From Alkanindiges illinoisensis DSM 15370 (GTDB lineage: Bacteria > Pseudomonadota > Gammaproteobacteria > Pseudomonadales > Moraxellaceae): a stretch of 32,000 nt of DNA. Location of the stretch: positions 90,001-122,000 of the forward strand of contig NZ_JHUX01000004.1 of NCBI RefSeq assembly GCF_000619845.1, read 5' to 3'. Below, in pieces: positions 24,020-31,987 of the stretch. How positions within the stretch are numbered: position 1 is the stretch's first letter; every line of letters begins with the position of its first letter. The notes below the pieces were generated by a model. It had not been told where the DNA came from. It made no database searches and saw only the letters and a program-made list of their open reading frames with translations. Both the position numbers and the translations under genes were made by a program.

Positions 24020-25798
24020 ATGCAAACACAGTTACTGGAATATGATCTGGTGGTTATTGGCGGTGGTACAGCCGGGCCGATGGCTGCCATCAAGGCCAAA
24101 GCGGCCAATCCTGCCTTGCGCGTGCTGCTGATTGATAAAGCCAACGTCAAGCGTAGTGGCGCCATTTCCATGGGCATGGATGGCTTGAATAATGCCATTA
24201 TTCCGGGGCATGCCACGCCGGAGCAATACACCAAGGAAATTACCATTGCCAATGATGGCATTGTCAATCAGGCCACCGTGTATGCCTATGCCAAGCACAG
24301 TTTTGAAACCATTCAACAACTGGACAAGTGGGGCGTCAAGTTTGAAAAGGACGAAACCGGTGATTATGCAGTCAAAAAAGTGCATCACATGGGCGCCTAT
24401 GTGCTGCCTATGCCTGAAGGCCATGACATCAAAAAAGTGCTGTACCGCCAGCTTAAACGCGCACAGGTCAAGATCAGCAACCGGATTATCACCACGCGCC
24501 TACTGACAGATGTTGATGGTGCCATTAATGGCGTGATGGGTTTTGACTGCCGCTCCGGTGATTTTTATGTGATCAAGACCAAAGCAGCTATTTTGTGTTG
24601 CGGCGCTGCTGGACGGCTGGGTTTACCCTCATCCGGCTACCTGATGGGCACCTATGAAAACCCCACCAATGCCGGCGATGGTTATGCCATGGCTTATCAC
24701 GCGGGTGCTGAACTTTCCAACCTTGAATGCTTCCAGATTAACCCACTGATTAAGGACTATAACGGCCCGGCCTGTGCTTATGTGACTGGGCCGCTGGGTG
24801 GTTTTACTGCCAACAGCAAAGGCGAACGCTTTATTGAGTGCGACTACTGGAGCGGGCAAATGATGTGGGAGTTTTATCAGGAACTGCAAAGTGGCAATGG
24901 CCCGGTGTTCCTGAAACTGGATCATCTGGCTGAAGAAACCATTCAAACCATTGAAGAAATCCTGCATACCAACGAACGTCCCAGCCGTGGCCGTTTCCAT
25001 GAAGGCCGCAACATCGATTACCGTGAAGACATGGTGGAAATGCACATTTCCGAAATTGGTTTTTGCAGCGGCCATAGTGCCTCTGGCGTCTGGGTCAATG
25101 AAAAAGCTGAAACCACGGTGAAGGGTTTATATAGCGCTGGTGACATGGCTGCCGTACCGCACAACTATATGCTGGGTGCATTTACTTATGGCTGGTTTGC
25201 CGGGGTGAATGCTGCTGAATATATCGCCAGCCGCGATGCAAATGGCCAGTTTGGCGAGCTGGATCAGGCCCAGATTGAGGCTGAGCAACAGCGGGTGTTT
25301 GCGCCGCTTGTGCGTAGCCAGCAGGGTGAACCAGGACTGGCGCCTGAACAGGTGGAATACAAGCTGCGCCGCATGGTAAATGACTACCTGCAACCACCCA
25401 AAACCCGCCAGAAAATGGAAATTGGTCTGCGTCGTTTTGAAGAAATCAAGGCCGATATTGCCCAGATCAAGGCCAATAATCCGCACGAACTCATGCGTGC
25501 TGCCGAAGTATCCGTAATTCGTGATTGTGCCGAAATGGCGGCGCGTGCCTCGCTGTTTCGTACCGAAAGCCGCTGGGGCTTGTATCACTATCGCGCTGAT
25601 TTTCCGCAAAAAAATGATCAGGACTGGTTTTGCCATGCCCATCTGAAAAAAGATGCCAGCGGCAATATGGTCAGCCTGAAAAAACCGGTTGAACCCTACC
25701 TGATTCCGATTGAGCAGGATGAAGCGCAATCCTACCAAAAACTGCGTATTCCGCAAGGCAACAAAGAACCGGGCAATAAGCAACTGGCTGAAATTTGA
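24020..25798 (+). CDS. AprA-like FAD flavoprotein (adenylylsulfate reductase alpha / fumarate reductase flavoprotein superfamily)
   Basis: YDLVVIGGGTAGPMAAIKA is followed by LIDKANVKRSGAISMGMDGLNNAI, which parallels the AprA pattern KAxVERSGAVAQGLSAIN. The late motif is GLYSAGDMA. I re-set the start to the ATG at 24020, which has AGGGG upstream. Confidence 0.7.
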   Translation: MQTQLLEYDLVVIGGGTAGPMAAIKAKAANPALRVLLIDKANVKRSGAISMGMDGLNNAIIPGHATPEQYTKEITIANDGIVNQATVYAYAKHSFETIQQLDKWGVKFEKDETGDYAVKKVHHMGAYVLPMPEGHDIKKVLYRQLKRAQVKISNRIITTRLLTDVDGAINGVMGFDCRSGDFYVIKTKAAILCCGAAGRLGLPSSGYLMGTYENPTNAGDGYAMAYHAGAELSNLECFQINPLIKDYNGPACAYVTGPLGGFTANSKGERFIECDYWSGQMMWEFYQELQSGNGPVFLKLDHLAEETIQTIEEILHTNERPSRGRFHEGRNIDYREDMVEMHISEIGFCSGHSASGVWVNEKAETTVKGLYSAGDMAAVPHNYMLGAFTYGWFAGVNAAEYIASRDANGQFGELDQAQIEAEQQRVFAPLVRSQQGEPGLAPEQVEYKLRRMVNDYLQPPKTRQKMEIGLRRFEEIKADIAQIKANNPHELMRAAEVSVIRDCAEMAARASLFRTESRWGLYHYRADFPQKNDQDWFCHAHLKKDASGNMVSLKKPVEPYLIPIEQDEAQSYQKLRIPQGNKEPGNKQLAEI

Positions 25799-25835
25799 AA
25801 CACTATTTTTTAAAAACAGTTTTCTGGAGAACATC

Positions 25836-26081
25836 ATGGCATTTATTGCACGTGAAACTGGACACCGTACCGCCGCTCCTGTGCTGGTGGATGAAGACAA
25901 ATGTATTGCCGACAAGGGCTGCACCGTGTGTGTGGATGTTTGCCCGCTGGACTTGCTGGCGATTGATCCAGTTAAGCAAAAAGCCTACATGCAGTTTGAT
26001 GAATGCTGGTACTGCATGCCGTGTGAGAAAGACTGCCCTACCGATGCCATTTATGTGGGCATTCCCTACTTATTGAAATAA
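25836..26081 (+). CDS. AprB-like 2x[4Fe-4S] ferredoxin (81 aa)
   Basis: The two cluster motifs are CIADKGCTVCVDVCP and CWYCMPCEKDCP. The intervening segment LDLLAIDPVKQKAYMQFDECWYC resembles the AprB pattern NDLM..D....KAYN.EPD.CWEC. I re-set the start to the ATG at 25836, which has GGAGA upstream. Confidence 0.7.
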   Translation: MAFIARETGHRTAAPVLVDEDKCIADKGCTVCVDVCPLDLLAIDPVKQKAYMQFDECWYCMPCEKDCPTDAIYVGIPYLLK

Positions 26082-26104
26082 TTACTTTTTATGAGAAATG
26101 CTCA

Positions 26105-27520
26105 ATGAAAATTTTACTTAAAACATTACCAGTCGTGTTGACGGCAACTACCTTACTTAGTACCCAGTCTGTACTGGCCGAAACCATCCGGGTGGCCATT
26201 GGTACACAGGACACCACCATCAATTGCGCTACCGGGGGCCTGCTGATTCGTGAATTGAATCTCCTGAATAAATACCTGCCCAAAGATGGCAAATATAAAG
26301 ATGTGAAATACGATATTGTCTGGAAAAACTTTACTTCCGGTGCCCCGCTCACCAGTGAAATGGTGGCGGGACGGCTGGATTTTGGGGCAATGGCCGATTT
26401 TCCCGGCGTCAATAATGGTGTGGCCTTTCAAAAAACAGGCAAGCAAAGTGTGTTTTTAAGCGTGCTGTCCGGCAGTACCACGGGAAGCGGCAATGGCATT
26501 GTCGTGCCGTTAAATTCTAAAGTGCAATCCATTCGTGACTTAAAAGGCAAAACCATTTCCGTGCCGTTTGCCTCAACCGCACATGGCTTGCTGCTACGCG
26601 CAGTGGCTGCACAAGGCTGGGACCCCAAGCGTGATGTCAAAATTATTGCACAGGCGCCTGAAGTGGCAGGCCCGGCGCTCAAGAGCAACAAGATTGATGC
26701 GCATGCCGACTTTGTGCCATTTGCCGAGCTGTTCCCGTACCGGGGTTTTGCTCGCAAGATTTATGATGGCTCACAGTCCAATGCACCGACGTTTCACGGT
26801 TCACTGGTGAGCCGCGAGTATGCGCAAAAATATCCGGAGATTGTTAATGCCTATCTGCGCGCGGCCATTGAAGCCAACCAGCTGATTGCCCGTGAACCGG
26901 AAAAATACAGCTTGCTGATTTCAAAGGTGACTGGCGTTGAACCTGAGGTGGTATATCTGTTCCACGGTCCACTGGGTCTGCAAACCCGCGACCTGACCTG
27001 GAAACCGGAATACCGCAAGGCCACCCAGACTGCTATTGACACGCTCAAGCTGCTTGGCCGCACTGATGTCAACCTGAACGTCAACCAGTTTATCTCTGAC
27101 AGCTATATCAAAAAAGCCTTTGCCAGCGCTGGCCTGAATTACGATGCCCAACTGAAAAACTACGGCAAACTGCTGCTGGTTGCCAATGATGCGCTAACTC
27201 ACCAGCCGATTAAAACCTTTGAACGGGTAACGCAGGTCTGGGTACGCGATGAAGCCAAAGTGCGCAGCTACCAGAATGCGGAAAATGCCTTTAAGGATTT
27301 AAAACGCCTGCATCAAGCCGGTAAAAATATCCGGGTGGTTTACATTCAGGATCGTAACAGTGGCATCAAGCTGCTGGCCAATCAGGCGTGGTTTGCCACT
27401 GATAAACAGGGCCAGATCAATGGTTTCCTCCTGCGTGGCAATGCCGATCAGTGGGCCAAAGCGCATGGTGGCAAGGTCTATGACTTCAACAATGCCCAGA
27501 AACTGGTGAAAGCAGGTTAA
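26105..27520 (+). CDS. Periplasmic substrate-binding protein, NitT/TauT (sulfonate/nitrate/taurine) type, with an extra ~120-aa C-terminal domain
   Basis: Signal peptide: MKILLKTLPVVLTATTLLSTQSVLA/ET. The SsuA/TauA-like core spans aa ~25-345. An additional domain spans aa ~350-471. The gene is adjacent to a cognate permease and ATPase. Confidence 0.7.
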   Translation: MKILLKTLPVVLTATTLLSTQSVLAETIRVAIGTQDTTINCATGGLLIRELNLLNKYLPKDGKYKDVKYDIVWKNFTSGAPLTSEMVAGRLDFGAMADFPGVNNGVAFQKTGKQSVFLSVLSGSTTGSGNGIVVPLNSKVQSIRDLKGKTISVPFASTAHGLLLRAVAAQGWDPKRDVKIIAQAPEVAGPALKSNKIDAHADFVPFAELFPYRGFARKIYDGSQSNAPTFHGSLVSREYAQKYPEIVNAYLRAAIEANQLIAREPEKYSLLISKVTGVEPEVVYLFHGPLGLQTRDLTWKPEYRKATQTAIDTLKLLGRTDVNLNVNQFISDSYIKKAFASAGLNYDAQLKNYGKLLLVANDALTHQPIKTFERVTQVWVRDEAKVRSYQNAENAFKDLKRLHQAGKNIRVVYIQDRNSGIKLLANQAWFATDKQGQINGFLLRGNADQWAKAHGGKVYDFNNAQKLVKAG

Positions 27521-27532
27521 GCCTGCGTTGAT

Positions 27533-27562
27533 GCTGGTACTGGCTAAAAGATCAGTACCAGC
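27533..27562 (+). other. Intercistronic perfect 10-bp stem-loop (GCTGGTACTG / CAGTACCAGC) between the binding-protein and permease genes
   Basis: Arms at 27533-27542 and 27553-27562 flank a 10-nt loop. No U-tract follows, so it is more likely an mRNA stability or decay-barrier element than a full terminator. Confidence 0.55.
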
Positions 27563-27577
27563 GTTAGGGAGCTAATC

Positions 27578-28432
27578 ATGAAAGTACTGACTCAATCTGC
27601 CGCGCTGGACCAACCGACTACCGCCAGCATTCCCTATCTGTCCATACAGCGGCTGGCTCAACTACGCCAAGTGGTAATGCGGGTACTGGCTGTGGCGGAC
27701 TGTGTGCTGCTGTGGCATGTGCTGGCACATTTCAAGCTGGATCTGGGCGTGGTGAGCTTTGTCAATGTGCCCACCCCTGTTGAGGTGCTACATGCCTTTG
27801 TCCAGTTTAGTCACTTGCCAGATGCGCTCAGTCACTTAAAGGCCAGCCTGTGGCGGGTACTGGCCGGTTTCCTGGCGGCTGCAATTGCTGGCATTGCTTT
27901 GGGCGTGCTGATTGGCCGCTCCAGACTGGCCTGCAACCTGCTCATGCCACCGCTTGAAGTGCTGCGTCCCATTCCTGCGGTGGCATGGATTCCACTGGCT
28001 GTGCTGATGTTTCCCTCGTCTGAAATTTCCATGATTTTTATTACCTTTCTGGGCGCGTTATTTCCCATTTTACTCAATACCATTCATGGCGTAGAAGACG
28101 TTGACCCACGCTTGATTGCCTCGGCAAAAAGTCTAGGAAGCAAGCGCTGGTCTATTTTTAGCGAAGTCGTGTTGCCTGCCGCCACGCCCAATATTGTGAC
28201 TGGGCTTGCCATTGGCATGGGCACCTGCTGGTTTTGTTTAATTAGCGCCGAAATGATTTCAGGCCAGTTGGGCATTGGTTATTTCACCTGGGAATCATTC
28301 ACCCTGCAAAACTATGCCGACATTGTGGTGGGGATGCTACTGATTGGCGCACTGGGTTTGCTCAGCAGCGCCCTGATTCGCTGGACTGGCAAACAACTCA
28401 CGCCGTGGTATCACACAGGACGCAAATCATGA
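27578..28432 (+). CDS. ABC transporter permease (SsuC/TauC-like)
   Basis: Six hydrophobic segments and the EAA-type loop ASAKSLGSKRWSIFSEVVLPAATPNIVTGL. Confidence 0.8.
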   Translation: MKVLTQSAALDQPTTASIPYLSIQRLAQLRQVVMRVLAVADCVLLWHVLAHFKLDLGVVSFVNVPTPVEVLHAFVQFSHLPDALSHLKASLWRVLAGFLAAAIAGIALGVLIGRSRLACNLLMPPLEVLRPIPAVAWIPLAVLMFPSSEISMIFITFLGALFPILLNTIHGVEDVDPRLIASAKSLGSKRWSIFSEVVLPAATPNIVTGLAIGMGTCWFCLISAEMISGQLGIGYFTWESFTLQNYADIVVGMLLIGALGLLSSALIRWTGKQLTPWYHTGRKS

Positions 28433-29277
28433 CACAGACCATTTCCAACAAGCAGGGCCATGTCAGCATTCAGCACTTAAACCTGCATCTGGGACAGGCT
28501 GACAAGCGTTTTGAAGCCCTGCATGATGTTTCCTTTGACATTCAGCCTGGTGAATTTGTCTGCCTGCTGGGGCCTTCCGGCTGTGGCAAATCCACCTTGC
28601 TGGGGGCGCTGGCCGGGCATTTGCCGTTTACGTCAGGTCAGTTGCTGCTGGATGGCCAACCCATTAAGGCACCCGATTCTGAACGCGGACTGGTGTTTCA
28701 GCATCACACCCTGTTTCCGTGGAAAAGCGTGCTGGACAATGTCAGCTTTGGCCTGAAAATGAAAGGCATTGGCAAGGCAGAACGCGAGAAACAGGCCCGT
28801 GAATTGTTGCATCTGGTCGGGCTATCCGGCTTTGAAAACCGCTATCCAGCCGAGCTGTCCGGTGGGATGCAACAGCGGGTTGAAATTGCCCGTGTGCTGA
28901 TTAACAAGCCCAAAGTGCTGCTGATGGACGAACCTTTTGGTGCGCTGGATGCCCAGACCCGCCTGATGATGCAGGAACTGCTGCTGGACATCTGGAATGA
29001 AATTCAAACCACGGTGCTGTTTATTACCCATGATATTGATGAAGCCTTATTTCTGGCTGACCGGGTACTGATTATGAGCCACCGCCCCGGCCAGATCATT
29101 GAAGAAATTCTGCTGACCTCAAAGCCTGATTTTACCCGCCCGCGCAGTACTGATCTGGTGACCTCACCTGAGTTTATGCAGCTGAAAAAACACTGCATCC
29201 AGACCCTGCGGCAACCACCTACGGCTGAGCTAAAACGGCTTAATCCACTGGGTATTCTGCCCAAAACCCCAGCCTGA
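28429..29277 (+). CDS. ABC transporter ATP-binding protein (SsuB/TauB-like)
   Basis: Walker A is GPSGCGKST, the signature motif is LSGGMQQR and Walker B is LLMDEPFGALD. The ATG at 28429 overlaps the permease stop codon (ATGA). Confidence 0.85.
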   Translation: MTQTISNKQGHVSIQHLNLHLGQADKRFEALHDVSFDIQPGEFVCLLGPSGCGKSTLLGALAGHLPFTSGQLLLDGQPIKAPDSERGLVFQHHTLFPWKSVLDNVSFGLKMKGIGKAEREKQARELLHLVGLSGFENRYPAELSGGMQQRVEIARVLINKPKVLLMDEPFGALDAQTRLMMQELLLDIWNEIQTTVLFITHDIDEALFLADRVLIMSHRPGQIIEEILLTSKPDFTRPRSTDLVTSPEFMQLKKHCIQTLRQPPTAELKRLNPLGILPKTPA

Positions 29278-29322
29278 TTTTAAAAATAAATCATATCCCG
29301 TTAAGACATAGGGTAAATCATT

Positions 29323-30327
29323 ATGACGCTCACCACCCAGACTTACTATCCGGATTTAAGCCCCGATTTGAGTATTGATGCGGAGTATTTAAGCCTTCAT
29401 CGCCGCTTGAATCAGGATGATGCCGCTGTTCGCCGCATTACCATTATGGATATTGCCGATGAGGAAAACAGTGAATTGCTACCGTGGCTACATTTTGCAG
29501 TCAAGCATGACCCTGCCCCTGAAGTAAGGCAGGAAGCTGCCACTCGGCTGGAAGGCTGGGAAGATCACGACACTATACATGCCTTAAGTATGGCGCTGCT
29601 GGATTCCAGTCTTTTGGTTAAACAGGCTGCTGCGCAAAGCCTGAGCGAAATCAAACAGGCAGAATCCATTGAACCGCTATTGCCCCTGCTGGCGCATGCA
29701 GACAGCTATGTGCGTGCTGCGGCCTTGCGGGCCATCCGTGAGTTACGTCCTGTGCAAGCCATTAATGCCATTGTGGCCAATATTCATCATGCCGATGTGC
29801 AGGTGCGCCGTGAAGCAGTCAGTACGCTGGGCTGGCTTAAACAGGCTTCAGCGCAATCCTTGCTGGCTGAACTGGCGATCAATGACACTGATGCCGAAGT
29901 ACGCCGTATTGCGACCGGGGCGCTTGGAATTAGTGAACAGACCACGCCTGCCATTGAACAGGCGCTGCTTAAAGCCCTAACCGATGAAATCTGGCAAATC
30001 CGGGTTGAAGCGGCCCTGACGCTGGGCAAGGTTAAGCCGCAGTCCGCCATTATTCCGTTAATTACAGCGCTTGCCGACTCCTATTGGCAGGTGCGTATTC
30101 CAGCCGCACGCAGTCTGGGCAAACTTAAAGCCACTCAGGCTTTAGAAGCGCTGGCCCTGCCCCTGCAACATGAGATTAGTAACCTGCGTAAGGAAGCCGC
30201 TCTGGCCCTGGGCGAAATTGGTGGCCACCGTGCCTTGCAACTTCTGCAACAGGCAGAAACAGACAGTGATCCCGAAGTGCGAAAGGCAGTACGCATTGCC
30301 ATCAATCAAATTGGTCAGGCGGATTGA
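29323..30327 (+). CDS. HEAT-repeat (PBS-lyase-type) protein, about 9-10 repeats
   Basis: A ~31-aa unit recurs with the D.xVRxxAAxALGxI pattern. Examples: DPAPEVRQEAATRLEG, DSYVRAAALRAIREL, DVQVRREAVSTLGWL, DAEVRRIATGALG, YWQVRIPAARSLGKL, DPEVRKAVRIAINQIG. Confidence 0.8.
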   Translation: MTLTTQTYYPDLSPDLSIDAEYLSLHRRLNQDDAAVRRITIMDIADEENSELLPWLHFAVKHDPAPEVRQEAATRLEGWEDHDTIHALSMALLDSSLLVKQAAAQSLSEIKQAESIEPLLPLLAHADSYVRAAALRAIRELRPVQAINAIVANIHHADVQVRREAVSTLGWLKQASAQSLLAELAINDTDAEVRRIATGALGISEQTTPAIEQALLKALTDEIWQIRVEAALTLGKVKPQSAIIPLITALADSYWQVRIPAARSLGKLKATQALEALALPLQHEISNLRKEAALALGEIGGHRALQLLQQAETDSDPEVRKAVRIAINQIGQAD

Positions 30328-30329
30328 AG

Positions 30330-30617
30330 ATGAAACCTGAGCACATCAAGGTCGATGTATCACAACAAATCCTGCACCTGTATTGGCCGGATAGCAAGGT
30401 GCAGGCATTAAGCCATCAGGTGTTGCGTGAGCAGTGTCCCTGTGGTTTTTGCCGGGCAAAACGCTTAAGACAGCAAGAGATTATTGCAGCACCAGATACT
30501 ACAATTACTGCCATGTTTGATCAGGGCTATGGGGCACAGATTTGTTTTAGTGATGGGCATGACAAGGGAATTTTTCCATGGACTTATTTATATGAAATCC
30601 AGCAAGCTGAGCTATAA
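30330..30617 (+). CDS. DUF971 family protein (gamma-butyrobetaine-hydroxylase N-terminal-like zinc domain)
   Basis: The pattern LREQCPCGFCR...GYGAQICFSDGHDKGIFPWTYLYEI matches the DUF971 consensus (LR..CpCa.C ... f.DGH.tGiy.w.yL). The start is the ATG at 30330, 2 nt after the HEAT stop codon; an overlapping TTG at 30324 is also possible. Confidence 0.7.
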   Translation: MKPEHIKVDVSQQILHLYWPDSKVQALSHQVLREQCPCGFCRAKRLRQQEIIAAPDTTITAMFDQGYGAQICFSDGHDKGIFPWTYLYEIQQAEL

Positions 30618-30774
30618 CTTATGAGCCTTTACCTTAACAAATAATTATTTATCATCTTCATCCGCTAAAAATTTTAGCTGTAGTGGATGATTTAAATGCG
30701 CTGGACAACCTCACGTTCTCAATCCTTTAAACCATCTACACGATGGCCCATAAATTTTTATAGGCATAAAAAAA

Positions 30775-30802
30775 CCCTTAACCATTGCTAGTTAAGGGTT
30801 TT
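30775..30802. terminator. Bidirectional rho-independent terminator
   Basis: An A-run precedes the stem CCCTTAAC (30775-30782), the 8-nt loop and GTTAAGGG (30791-30798), and TTTT follows. Confidence 0.65.
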
Positions 30803-30968
30803 AGGCTCATATCACCGCAAGTAACGGCATATGAATTTAAGCAAATGGTAGAGATGGCGTCAACTGAACAATAATCATAAGTTACTGATATTAAATTAAA
30901 ATTTAATTAGTAAAACTCTCAGGATACACCGCAGGATACAAAATAATTTTCGTTGCTCTACTTAATAA

Positions 30969-31505
30969 TTACTTTGGTGATCGTGTTGGAAGCTTACCAC
31001 CCTTCTTTATGGCTATATTGATAGCACTAGAAAGTTTAGCTACATGATCCAAACCAAAAAAAGCCGAATACTCTTTTAAAGGCGTGGTCATCTTTTCCCT
31101 CATCATTTCATGATTTTTTTTAAGCTCAGGATAATCATCATTTTCGTTAAAGGCATTAACCGCTATGTCATCGCCCACATACAAACGTCCACCATTAGAA
31201 AGACAATACTCAGTTAAATAATCAAGTAAATCATAAATAAATTTTCTTGGAACATTAGTTATATGAGAGAGCATATAAACATGAGAAATATGTAGAGAAG
31301 ATATTCCATTCTCAAGTTTGCTATATCCGGATTTTGATATACCACCCAATTGAAAACCCATGATTTCCTGACTTACATCTAACTCTGTCCTGAATAGATA
31401 TAAGATATAGCCAAATAAACTATCAACCGAACACCTAAAAGTCCTCTGCTGATCTTCTAATATTTTCATTGTTTCATCGAAAGAAAGATGATCACTATTT
31501 TTCAT
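30969..31505 (-). CDS. XRE/cI-like HTH protein with an uncharacterised C-terminal domain, in AT-rich (foreign-looking) DNA
   Basis: HTH: LFRTELDVSQEIMGFQLGGISKSGYSKLENGISSLHISHVYMLSHI. The codon usage is much more AT-rich than in the rest of the window. The gene is divergent from a small HTH gene. Confidence 0.6.
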   Translation of the reverse strand: MKNSDHLSFDETMKILEDQQRTFRCSVDSLFGYILYLFRTELDVSQEIMGFQLGGISKSGYSKLENGISSLHISHVYMLSHITNVPRKFIYDLLDYLTEYCLSNGGRLYVGDDIAVNAFNENDDYPELKKNHEMMREKMTTPLKEYSAFFGLDHVAKLSSAINIAIKKGGKLPTRSPK

Positions 31506-31738
31506 ACTAGCCTCCTTTATTTCGCTATTGTATCATAAAAAAAATAATAACCACCAATCCGTCACTTTTAATCATATAAATATTTAAAGTTTCCTAAAAG
31601 AGTCTATTCACTCATAAGAATTTATGTGTTATTTTGAGTCCGTGAAATTAAAAGCTATGAAAACCCCTACTGAACTAGCAGTGGCAATTCCATACGCAAA
31701 TGCTTTTCACGCGTTAATGATTATCAAGAGGAAAATAT

Positions 31739-31987
31739 ATGAATACTGAATTTTCACAACTTTCCCAAAAGTATCTGATTAGTCAGAAAGATTTGGCAAG
31801 AAAGCTTGGGATGAGCGTAGATGCCCTACGCAAGCTGCAAAAAATTGATCCTGTATTTGCCCAAGCTATGATTAAAATGGGTTCAACTCGACAAGCTGCT
31901 GTTTTTTACATAGTCGCTGAAATTTTAAAGTGGATTGAGTCAAAAAAAACTCAGAACGTGTTTAATCAAGCTATTGAATGCAAATGA
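31739..31987 (+). CDS. Small Cro/excisionase-like HTH protein (82 aa)
   Basis: ISQKDLARKLGMSVDALRKLQK is HTH-like. A good ribosome-binding site (AAGAGGAAAA) is present. The gene is divergent from the XRE-like gene across a 233-bp AT-rich region. A further ORF begins at 31984 (an ATGA overlap) and runs off the window. Confidence 0.55.
   Translation: MNTEFSQLSQKYLISQKDLARKLGMSVDALRKLQKIDPVFAQAMIKMGSTRQAAVFYIVAEILKWIESKKTQNVFNQAIECK

Noticed and set aside
23698-25924. Long antisense ORFs (189 aa, 130 aa, 148 aa, 265 aa) opposite the GntR, AprA-like and ferredoxin genes
   Set aside because: They have no domain signatures, they span sense-gene boundaries, and the sense frames carry strong FAD and Fe-S motifs.
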